A stretch of DNA of 64,000 bases from Oopsacas minuta (taxonomy: Eukaryota > Animalia > Porifera). How positions within the stretch are numbered: position 1 is the first letter of the stretch; each line of letters opens with the position of its first letter. The position numbers were made by a program, and so were the translations under genes. Below are positions 24,201 to 36,200 of the stretch, in pieces. Location: the NCBI GenBank assembly GCA_024704765.1, contig JAKMXF010000341.1:62001-126000 (forward strand), written 5' to 3'. The notes beneath the pieces were generated by a model. It worked only from the letters and a program-made list of their open reading frames with translations. It did not search any database and was not told the DNA's origin.

Positions 24201-27200
24201 CAGACAACCAGACATCCATATACCCCAAAATGCCTCCCAACCAATCCTTTCATTCCCACTACGAACCTTTGGTAAACAACAGAGAGGATTTAACCTTTCA
24301 TGGTATAAAACATTCCCCTGGTTGCATTATCAAGAAGGTAGCGATAGTGTATTGTGTTTTTACTGCTTGGTGGCAGATAAACATGGTTTAAAGATATCAG
24401 GGTACATGGATGAAATGTTCACAAGCACTGGATTCAGCAATTGGAAAAAAGCAATAGAAAAATTCGAAAAACATCAAAGTTCAAAATCTCATCGTGAAGC
24501 TGTTGACCTTGTAATAACAATACCAAGCACAACCAAAGATGTTGGTGAAATGTTGAACAAAAGTCATGCAGAGCAAAAGGATGAGAACAGACAAGTGCTG
24601 TTTAAAATTTTCAGCAGCGTTCGTTACCTTAGTAGGCAAGGCATTGCTTTTCGTGGTCGATGGAAAACTGATGACCCTGAATTATTGAATGGTGAGTCAG
24701 ACTCGAACTTTATACAGCTACTTCGAATACGAGCTGAAGACAATCCAAATCTATTGAAGTGGCTTGACAAGTGTCAAGACAAATTTACTAGTCCAGACAT
24801 ACAAAATGAAATCCTCAAGCTGATGTCATTAAGGATGTTGAGGGATATTGTACAACAGATTTCAGGGAAAATGTATACCATAATGGTTGATGAAACAACC
24901 GATCTGTCAAACACTGAACAAATGGTATTGTGCCTGCGTCACGTTGATGATGACTTAAATGTTCATGAAGAGCTCATTGGTCTCTACAGTTTGGAATCAA
25001 CTTCTGCTGACAATATAATGTTGACAATTCAGGACATACTGTTGCGCTTGAATTTATCTATCAATAATTGCCTTGGTCAATGCTACGATGGAGCCAGCAA
25101 CATGTCTGGAATACGATCAGGAGTTGCCACTAAAGTATCTTCTTTAGAACCTCGAGCACTCTATACCCATTGTTATGGGCATGCATTGAACCNNNNNNNN
25201 NNNNNNNNNNNNNNNNNNNNNNNNNNNNNNNNNNNNNNNNNNNNNNNNNNNNNNNNNNNNNNNNNNNNNNNNNNNNNNNNNNNNNNNNNNNNNNNNNNNN
25301 NNNNNNNNNNNNNNNNNNNNNNNNNNNNNNNNNNNNNNNNNNNNNNNNNNNNNNNNNNNNNNNNNNNNNNNNNNNNNNNNNNNNNNNNNNNNNNNNNNNN
25401 NNNNNNNNNNNNNNNNNNNNNNNNNNNNNNNNNNNNNNNNNNNNNNNNNNNNNNNNNNNNNNNNNNNNNNNNNNNNNNNNNNNNNNNNNNNNNNNNNNNN
25501 NNNNNNNNNNNNNNNNNNNNNNNNNNNNNNNNNNNNNNNNNNNNNNNNNNNNNNNNNNNNNNNNNNNNNNNNNNNNNNNNNNNNNNNNNNNNNNNNNNNN
25601 NNNNNNNNNNNNNNNNNNNNNNNNNNNNNNNNNNNNNNNNNNNNNNNNNNNNNNNNNNNNNNNNNNNNNNNNNNNNNNNNNNNNNNNNNNNNNNNNNNNN
25701 NNNNNNNNNNNNNNNNNNNNNNNNNNNNNNNNNNNNNNNNNNNNNNNNNNNNNNNNNNNNNNNNNNNNNNNNNNNNNNNNNNNNNNNNNNNNNNNNNNNN
25801 NNNNNNNNNNNNNNNNNNNNNNNNNNNNNNNNNNNNNNNNNNNNNNNNNNNNNNNNNNNNNNNNNNNNNNNNNNNNNNNNNNNNNNNNNNNNNNNNNNNN
25901 NNNNNNNNNNNNNNNNNNNNNNNNNNNNNNNNNNNNNNNNNNNNNNNNNNNNNNNNNNNNNNNNNNNNNNNNNNNNNNNNNNNNNNNNNNNNNNNNNNNN
26001 NNNNNNNNNNNNNNNNNNNNNNNNNNNNNNNNNNNNNNNNNNNNNNNNNNNNNNNNNNNNNNNNNNNNNNNNNNNNNNNNNNNNNNNNNNNNNNNNNNNN
26101 NNNNNNNNNNNNNNNNNNNNNNNNNNNNNNNNNNNNNNNNNNNNNNNNNNNNNNNNNNNNNNNNNNNNNNNNNNNNNNNNNNNNNNNNNNNAAAATCTTT
26201 CTTCTCAGAGGTAATCAAAATAGTGAAATTAATTCTTGTGATGCCAGCAACTAATGCCACAAGTGAAAGAAGTTTCAGTGCACTCCGCAGACTTAAGACC
26301 TGGCTGCGTACAACTACATGTCAAGCACGATTGAATTGGTGCTTGTTACTTCATGTGCACAAACAAAGAACGGACGGTTTACCATTAAAAGAATTAGTAA
26401 ATGAATTTGTTACTTGTAATGAGAGTAGGATGCGTTTGTTTGGAAGATATCCGGAATAACTTTATGAATTATTAATAAAGCATAATTTCACATATGTTTT
26501 CAAGAATTTTCGGGAATTGATGAGGCAAAATTTGGGGGGCTTAAGCCCCCCCAAGCCCCCCTTGTCTACGGCTATGTATTTATATAATAGCCGCCCTGAT
26601 GGTCTATGGATAGTATGTAAGTACACTTAAGATTAGAAATGCCCTGTCACCAAGGTATGAATCCCCGAATACGTAATATGTTCTATTTTAGTATTTTACC
26701 AAATATTTGCATAATATACACTCTACAGTAGAGTCTCTGAAGAACGGACACATTGGGGACATGGTATCTGTTCGTTGTAAAGAATTGTCCGCTCCTTGGA
26801 GAGTGCTTAGGTAGTAATTACATGCTTGGAAAATACAATCCATGCCATAAGGTTTGACCGTTGAAGGGGGTTGTCCGCTTCTCGGAGCGTCCGTTTTGGG
26901 ATACTCAACTGCATTCACATATATTTTTCATAATAAAAAGAGTAATTAACAGTAATCTTATGTTTCAGCCTCTAATGAATATATACCAGATATTTGTAAT
27001 ATAATTATTTCTACGATATCAGTTTATCCGTATCTTTTCAAGAATGACTTTGGTCACTTCATTCACGAAGATCAGAATCGTAGTAGAACCAAATCCTATA
27101 ATAAGATGCACTGTTGATGGTGTTACTATACCGAATAAGTCCATACTTAACCTATGGTTATTCATCTCACAAAGTTCCAGCTGCTTTTTAATATCTTCGT

Positions 27201-30200
27201 TAATGTTAACTTGCTTTTTATTAATCGCCAAGATAAGTAAGATCTCGTTTGAAAAATTATCAAGTGTTTTATTTAGAGTAGACATGGCATCGACCATCAA
27301 CCAAACGCTCAAAAAATGAACCAAATACCATGTTGAGAATCTGATAAAGTCAAGCCAATCATACATAATGAATTCATCTATTGACACTATTTTGTCAGAG
27401 TCAATATAACGCAGACAAATACCAACAGCGGCGAACACCAACACAGTTATGTTGATAGCACTGATTCTACGATACTTCATACAAATGGCATTAACTTTCG
27501 AGATTAACTGATAATATTTACGCTGAAGATTTTTCACTTCATTCCTACCCTCACGTATCAGTCCAGAAGCATAGGCATAACATAAACAATCCAGACTAGT
27601 TGTAATTTCCATGCATGATATCCTTATAATGAAACATACGATGACAGGTGATAGATGCCAGTGAATTGAATCAATTATGGATAGTAAGAGTGCTAAATCG
27701 GAATCTTGAGTTAGAAGATTAGTTGAATTTGTATTTGCATAACATCCGATTGCATTTACTACAATCCAATAGACTACAAGAGATATACTTAGAATGATGA
27801 TACAAAGATGAAATAACCCCCAGCCAATGTTATCTATGAAACTTTGCATTCGATTATCTGAGCATGTGATACACATATGTAAACGTTCTGTATCCATCCT
27901 CTTCCTTCTACCCCTACCCTCCTCGTCCTTGGTTACATTAATTAGTTGTGACTTTTCTTTGCGAATTTCCATCTTATTTTGTCTAATTTTCTTAATCAAA
28001 GTGACGATTCCTTGAAATTCAGCCTCATTATTCCAAGAGTGGATGAATATGAAAACAGTTGAATATAGGCCAATCAAACCGTAGAGATAATCCCAAATGA
28101 AAAGGAACCAATCCTCATACTCGTGATAATATCTTTGTGAATTAGTTGTGAACACAAGTGACGTCAATGAATTATCCGTCTGATTAGGATACTCTCCAGC
28201 ATGTGTCTGGTTTGGATACATTCCAGTATGTATCTTGATAAACAGCAGTGGGCGAAATATCAAATCGGCGAGGAAAGCTGAGAACATCAAAAATTGTAAC
28301 AGAACACAGCTGCAGAGGATCATGATTAAAACTATGGAGCGAATAGATTTGTAAGAACCTTCATTAAAAGTGACACAACCTGAGATATAAGGATACATGC
28401 GACAAGATGCCAAATCTAGTACAGGAACAAACCAAAATATCTTTGCGCCCTCAATTCTTCTACCGGCATTACTCAGATCTTCATTACCTACAACCTCCTC
28501 ATCTATAATCCTATCGTCATTACCCACATCATTTATAATCACATCGTTATTACTCAGATTATCAAAATTTTGAGCCAGTAACTCTTGACTATTTTCCGAT
28601 GGAAACTTCACATGACTATTTCCCATAGCAATTCTTTACATTTATCATCAGTTAGGATTATTTATTGATTTTACATAGCATTTTAATAAATTGGGAAGAT
28701 TAGTATTACACAATAATAATGAACAACAAAAGTATAACGCCCTTCTGCTTATTATGTATTTGTAATAACCAATCGAGAAAACCTAAATCCTTAATAATAT
28801 TACATAATATTTTTCTGCAGTTGTGGTGTAATATTATTCTTATTACTTCAGACAAAGCAGCAGTAAAATGAAATTGGTAAGGCATTTACATATATTATTA
28901 GAGAAGACATACATAATACAGAACCAGAAAAATGAGTGTTACCTGGCCTGCCGTATCGGTCCGGCCGGCCTTGCTTAATTGTTTTTATCTAATTATAAAA
29001 ATATTAATTTTAGTTGTTTATACTCCTACGCACTATACAATATGAGTAAAAACATAGCCTATGGCAAAACTTAGTGTAATTAACACTAATAAAGTACCAA
29101 AATAACGGACGAATCCCTAATAGTTGCAGATGATATAACTTTTAAATTAGGAACAAATTCATTACGTATCTGGCTAGTCTGGGACTCCTGAGCAATTGCC
29201 TTGTCCGGTCCTAACGCCTGTTCTGCACTTATTCAATGATATAATGATTAAGCCCACCATTAGAAGTCCAGAACTGCCGATTTAACCTTCCCCCCCAATA
29301 TTATAATTATAGTCATGTAAAAGTGACCAATAGTAAGGAATTAAATAATTTTCGTAATATATAAATAGGACTAACCTCATTAGAACCATTGCAAGGACAG
29401 AAATAAGTAATGAGTGTATCTCTGTTATGAATAGTGTCATTATAAGTGAAGTTGCAGCTACTACGAGAAGCTATCCATTCTCTTATATCAGGGTTCCAAC
29501 CCAATAGAATAGGTTCTAATTCATCTGTAACAAGCTCTAAATCAAATTCAATTTGTATCTTGATATAAGAAGAGAAATTACCACCACCAATCGGACTCAA
29601 ATAGAAAGATGGACCATGAAACGCTACAACTCGAGAAAACACTAGCCTATCAACCAAATGGAGAGTAGAAATAGGATCTACAATGTAAGGCGTATACGGA
29701 GTACTCGTAGGAGCAGAAATGACGTCATATTTATCCCTCATATCTTGAATTGTAAGATCTCCTATAATGAATCCATCTTTATGGTTTATATCTTCTGAGA
29801 AACTCACAGTACATCTAGTAGGATAGAGATACTGAGTCGTAAATTCATCTTCCAAGTAAGTATTATATTCTGAAATTTTTCGACTGACTGACATAGTAAA
29901 ATCTTCTGCAGCATTACAATTATACACATAATATTTATCACCCTCTTTATAGAATGTGACTGAATGAGTACCAGCTGATAAACACATAGGTTGAATAGCA
30001 CATAGAATTAGAGTTTGATAGAATATCCTACCGGGCTCAACATTCATTATCAAATCTCCTTCTTTGTAAACATAGTTAGTCTTGTTAGCTAGCTTAGCCA
30101 GGTCTGTTATATTTGAGGCAAAGAATGAATTGTTACCGATTAGGGTAATGTCTTCTATGCGTATAGAGAAACTACTATTATAGGTGATCTCAAAGATAGG

Positions 30201-33200
30201 AAATATATCGTCCCAGCCAAACTTAGTCCCAATCTTCCAAAATAGTGTTTGATTCTTGACAATGTAATTCTCTTCATAACTAGTTTCATAGAACCCGGTC
30301 CAGTTTAGCCCGATAGATGTTAACTTAAAAGAAACAGAAGCGTTTTGCATTATTGTCTTTACTTCAGTAGAATTCAATGAATGCAGCACAGCTCTAGAAA
30401 CATCAGGTTCCATGTTCAGAATTCTAACTCCCTTACTCTTCAGAATAGTGATAAGACCAGCTCCATTTGTAGCTCTAACAGCCACATAGTACCTCAACTG
30501 CGGATTGAGAGATAGATTTGTAATATTAACGACATTATCAGTCCCCACAGAGTTGAATTGTAATGAATTAATATCATCAATGTTATCTGAATAAGCTATC
30601 TCGTAGCCATATATGTCACTAGCTGCGTCACTACACTCATACAACACTGCTAGTGAATTAGTACTATACTGTACTGTCGTATTGCTGACTTCATCGCTCC
30701 GGAGATCTTCCTGAATGTGCTGTATCTTGGTGCAGTTTGGAGGAGTTGGATCTAACATAATTCCTTTGGAGTATCCATAGGCTATGTGACCTGCTCCTGT
30801 GTAACCTCTCACCTTAATATAGTACACATACTGCACAAAAGTAAGGTTATAAAGATGCAGCTGATCCTCTGGAATGCCAGTTACAGTGTAGTTGTACGGT
30901 GTACATGTTGTGTTGGTTTGATTGGCGGGATGAGTGCAGCCAGATAGTAATTCAAGTCCAGTAGCTTCAAATGTGATATAATGAACTTTAGAATCACAAG
31001 ATGAGTTACAACTGTTGTTACCTTGACTACACTCAGGGAAACATGGAATACATGGTAGAGGAATAGGCTGATATTCTTGTCCTGCTGCTTTTGATAGATT
31101 AGTAGACCCGTAACTCAGCCCCACTCCAACCTCAAACTTAACAAATGGAGCTCTAGAGCTATAAAACGGAGCACCAAACTTACAGACACGAGTGCTATCA
31201 ACTGGTAAGATTATATCAGAGAAGTATGCAGAGGTTGTGGATGGAGCGAATGGATCATTAATAGGTTCTACTCGACCATTATAATTCCTCACATGCAGTC
31301 CGTAGTATAAACTAGAATTGAACTCTGGTAAATCCACTAGGCTAGCTACAGAGAGACTATCTACCGTCAATAGAACAGACCAAGTAGCTTTCTTTACAGT
31401 ACTTGGTGTACTAGAATCAACCTTCTCAAGAGTTAATTGATAAGTATGGTAGCTTGTAGTCGGATCAAATCCCAGTGTAACCCATGTGTGTGCAGTTTCA
31501 GTCGTTACATTACCGCGATACCATATAAGAGCATGTGCCCCTGTAGTATTGTAGGCAGGATGTAGCTGTAAACCGAATGATTTGTATGGTGTAGGATTGG
31601 GATTTGCTGGTGGCATATATTGGCAGTACAAAGAACTTGACGAGGAATTATTCGTATTGGTTGAAGTTATATTTTGAGTGCTATTATCAACAGTTTCATA
31701 ATCCTCTATAATACTATTAGGACCCTCCCATACCAACACAGAGGTTACAGCCTGGAAATTAGGGGCTGATTTAATGCTGACACTCATTTCATTGAAGTCA
31801 ACAACTGATATTTGAGTAACAACTGCAGCAGAAAGCATACGTTCATTCTGAATGTCTCGTGTCATAGAAATCTCTAGGAAAGCAGCATTTGTATTGAATG
31901 AAGCCTGATTGGGATAATAAGCCAGAGTTCTACCAGTTGGATTTCCAGGTCCTACAGGTATAGTAGGCGTTTCTGACTGAGTAATAGTGTTCCAATCTTG
32001 TGCTGAAGAAGAATAATTATACATTCTATCCATACACACAGCTTCATGCTGATCTGTTACAAGAGCTAGTATGCCATTTATATTAGAGGTACTGCCTTGA
32101 TATGGAGGAGTTACTTTCCAATCAGAACCATGCTTAACTACAGCCTGATTTGGAGAGTCTCTATCTAATAGGACAGGTTGTGAGACAACACATGAGGTCA
32201 GTCCTGCTCTGTTTATAGCCCGTAGAGCTATGTAATAGAAATTGCTAGTGATAATATCAAGCACATAGAATGTATGGTTTGTTACATTTCTTAGTGTAGT
32301 GAATGTAGTTAGGTTAGAAAGTTGCTGGCAATTGGTGAGGTTACAAACGGTTAATTCTATGATTGCTATTTGGTAGGCTTTTACTAAGCTTTCTGGATCA
32401 TAAAACCCATTCCATGCAACTGATAGGCTATTGTTGGTAGTAATATAGGAAATTTGAGGTTGAGTGATATCCCTACGGAATTGCCTAGTGTCGAACCCAA
32501 TTATAAACTCTCCAGTTATTGGAGGTGTAATATCGATGGTGAGAGGGTTGGAGACAGCTGTGGAGCACTGGAATGCATCATCAATAGTCCTCACATAAGC
32601 ATAATACTGAAAACCTTCTTGAAGCTGCAGCTGGGATACTACAGCTGAGTCTACAGTTGTTGTTGTAGTGAATGGAAGAACGTCAAAGTATTCTTTAAGG
32701 TTTTTCTCAGCATTAGATTTATAGCAAGAAATATTCGTCAGACTCCCATTTGTACTAATACCGTATTCGTAGTATATGAATGGCAGGAGAGAAGTGAAAT
32801 TATTCCAGGTAATATCTATAACAGTAGTTGCAGATTGGAAGTGAGGTAATTTGACATTTCCAGGCAGAGAAATTCTATCAAAATGTATTGGCTGTATTCC
32901 ATTAGAAGTTACTTCAGCTGTCTGGTTAGTTGCACTAGTAGCTCGTATCGTCACATAGTATGTGTTATTTAGTGTAAGATTTAAATCCATTAACGTGAAG
33001 GTTTCATTCAGAAAGATATCTTGGAATGGTGATACGTTAAACAGATCTTCTCCTCTAGGTTGTGTTCCCGCAGCTATCTCATACTTGTGTATTGTTTGTG
33101 CTAACCTTGTGTGATCACTACCTCCAAATGAATTCCAATTAGCCGAAAGAGAAACCAGGGAAGCTTGATGATTGAAATCTAAACCAGTGAAGGGACCATC

Positions 33201-36200
33201 AAATACCAATCCAGGGATAAGAGGATCAATCGCGACGAATATAGGATCGGAGCGGGCTGAATTTCTGTACCCAAGAGGACTATATAAGTTAACCAGAAGG
33301 TATACTTTAGTTTCTGGTACCATAACGACATTATCATTATATGAGTCTATTGTTGTGACTTTAGTGTAGTTCTGTACAATAGTCTCGTTCATATAGAATA
33401 CTCCCCATTCGTAATAAATATCACTACAAGGGTCCCCGAAATCCCATTCTCCCTGAATGAAAGATGTGGTTGTCTGGGTTTCAAAATCTGAACCAAATGA
33501 AGGGTCATCAACTGTTGGAGGATCAGGATTATGTAAAGTAATTGCTATGCGTTTTGAAGTAATAGCGCTTGTAAGACCTAGCAGATTAACCCCTCTGAGT
33601 GTAACATAGATATAAGGATAGTCAATTAGATCCAGTCCTTGAATAAGATACTCGTTAACAAGTCCTACTGTTATGAAAGGTAACACATTAATGTCTCCTG
33701 CAGTATCACCTATACCAATCTCATAGTGTTCTATTGGAGTCTCAAAATCAAGAAAATCATCCCATCTAACTCGTAATTCTGTGATAACAGCTTTACACTG
33801 GGTACTGGAAGATACATTATTGTAGCTAAGTGTTGAATTCAATTCCCCAGTTGGAAAGAAACTTGCGAATGTTTGGTCTAATAGAACATCTATGGTTTGT
33901 GGTATAGGTAATGTGTTATCTACTGTCAGGAAATCAAACACATTATTTAATAGCCCAACATTATTTATGATATTAAGTGTGTACACGTATTCACCATCTA
34001 GAAGATCTCTTGAGAAGTCGTCCAACACGATAGATGAATCTCCTAGAAATGCCTCTTTAATTATATACTCAGAACTCCCTTCGCTATCTCCAAGCAAAAT
34101 CTGGTATAGATACACATCGCTGTACTTATCAACAGCGCCACTCCATTTACAATTCAGTTGAGATACCAATGGTAATGCGTATTCTGTACATTCAAACTGC
34201 GTTTCAGAAATATTCGGATATGAGGTGCTTATAGTTACACCAGGGGCAATGTGGAATGTGGATACCCCGGCATTATTATACACGGTTATTTGTAGTATAT
34301 TAGGCTTGCCAGTTGTATTAGGTTTGACTTCGTTATTTATTAGACTACTTCTGTTGGTATATTTAGGCTGAACTACATTATCTCTGTAAGGTACAGTGCC
34401 TACTATATAGAAAGCATCAGCTATACCACTCTCTAGATCTGTAGCTACCCATTCTGCCACTAATGTAGAAGTATCAAATTGATATATGTTCTCATCCTGA
34501 GGAGGATCTACGAAAGCATTTCCATCCTTCTTCTTGCCTAGTTCTTTAATTATGATATTTGGTTCTGTCCAATCCACCTTGATTCCTAAAAGATTTCATA
34601 AAAAGAGATAAACAGTTAAACACGACAACAAAGCGAAGTATATAATCAATAATTTCAAATACAAAATGAAAACAAACATAATTACGTTTTGTACAATACT
34701 AAAGTATTGAGGCATGGCACTACCAAATATAGAAATACCAATCCGAAATTACCACAAGGTAATGACCAAAATCTCTGATAATTTTCATTTCAATATTCGA
34801 TGTCAAACATAATCAATTTTCTCCTATGAATTCTAGAATAAAGTAGTTTTAATTCTGTAGTCAATGTCCATAAAGAAAATGTATCTCTAAAATGTATACA
34901 ACCCAAAAATAATATACGTCATAGTACTGCGTATTATAGAGTGATAGCTATAAAGCTAAAAAGCGGTAACATTTGGGTTAATAGGATATTACAGTATTTT
35001 GCTTGGAAGATTATAGTAATAATTAAGAGACTACATTTTGGGGTCTTCAATTGTTGCGTAACTAATTTATGGGTAAATAGGGCCCCTATGACAACTCACC
35101 TTGCCCATAACTATCAATAGCGTCCTGTCCATCTCCAGCAGAACAAGCTGTGATAGCCTTTACTTCTGTATACAATGTCTCATTAAGGTAGAGAGTAACT
35201 ATTGATTGAGCTCCACCAGACCCTTCCCCGTTATCTGTAACCCCAGCAGTAGTAGACTCTTGTATTTGACCATCAGCAAAACTAGTCCCTATTGACCACT
35301 CATAATACTGTATACCACATAGTTCACTGGAGAATCCTTCAAACTTTAGAGTGACTGTGTCTCTCTCAGCTTGGAATTGTCCACTAATACCAACTCCTGA
35401 GTGTCCTACCGTAACAACACCTGCTACATTTGCACGTAGTACTTTAATCTTAGTTGAGACTATTGCTTTAGAAAGCAGTCCTACTCCATTCATAGCCTTC
35501 GCTATGACGTAATAGTATTCACTCGTTTCTTCGAATAGTTCAAGTTTAACGTCAATGAACACGTTTTCAGAAGCTGGATATAATTTGTAGTCAGATATGT
35601 CAGTGCTATTCTCTGTTGTTCCAACGGCAGCTTGATATCCCTGTACTCCACTGTCTGGATCAAATGCTGCCCATTGAACTGGTATACCTCCTGAATTGCC
35701 GATCTCAACCTAGATAATGTTACATATATACATATATAGATCTGGGAAATTTTGTTAGAATATTTTCGTGGGTTTTATAAACCATGTAATATAAAAACAT
35801 GAACATTTCCTGTGTTTTGTAGTTTTGTAAGCGACGAACCCTCGAATCACAAAAATATTTTACAGATCTACAGTAAATACGTATTAGAAATACTATTTTT
35901 TGAAGTTGAGAGATTAAAATGAAATTTCATAATCATAATTCATAACATGGCTCTCAAAATTCTCTTTTGATTTCCAAGTTAAGCCCTGTCATAAGTCTTT
36001 ATATGATTGTATGGGGATGGATAAACCGTTGATAATAATATGCTATGTTGTTGCAATTACCAGAATGACAGTAGTTCCTCAGACAAACACTATATGAGTT
36101 TAAACACACAAAAATGAACTAACCGCTCCTTGTTGATCTAGATCTTCAGATAGATCTCCATAAGTATCAATATGTAGGAAATCAATAGTAGGAGGAGTGT

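Larger units (their letters stand above)
23667..26576 (+). mobile_element. hAT DNA transposon (ZMYM1/PRKRIR-like transposase) in an intron of the giant gene
   Basis: Imperfect TIRs CAGGGGCGTAGACA / CATAGCCGTAGACA (11/14) with G- and C-rich subterminal tracts enclose a transposase ORF. No matching 8-bp TSD. Confidence 0.88.

Noticed and set aside
25130-26260. Long ORFs spanning the N run (23878-26214, 25130-26260, 25170-26459)
   Set aside because: Poly-X artefacts of the assembly gap. Only the transposase portions are real.
26688-26918. 76-aa ORF between the hAT element and the 7TM gene
   Set aside because: No recognisable family. Its apparent acceptor is phase 1, incompatible with the phase-0 host intron.
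29160-29290. Possible small exon after exon 15 of the giant gene
   Set aside because: The phase-0 acceptors I tried run into stops within about 15 codons.
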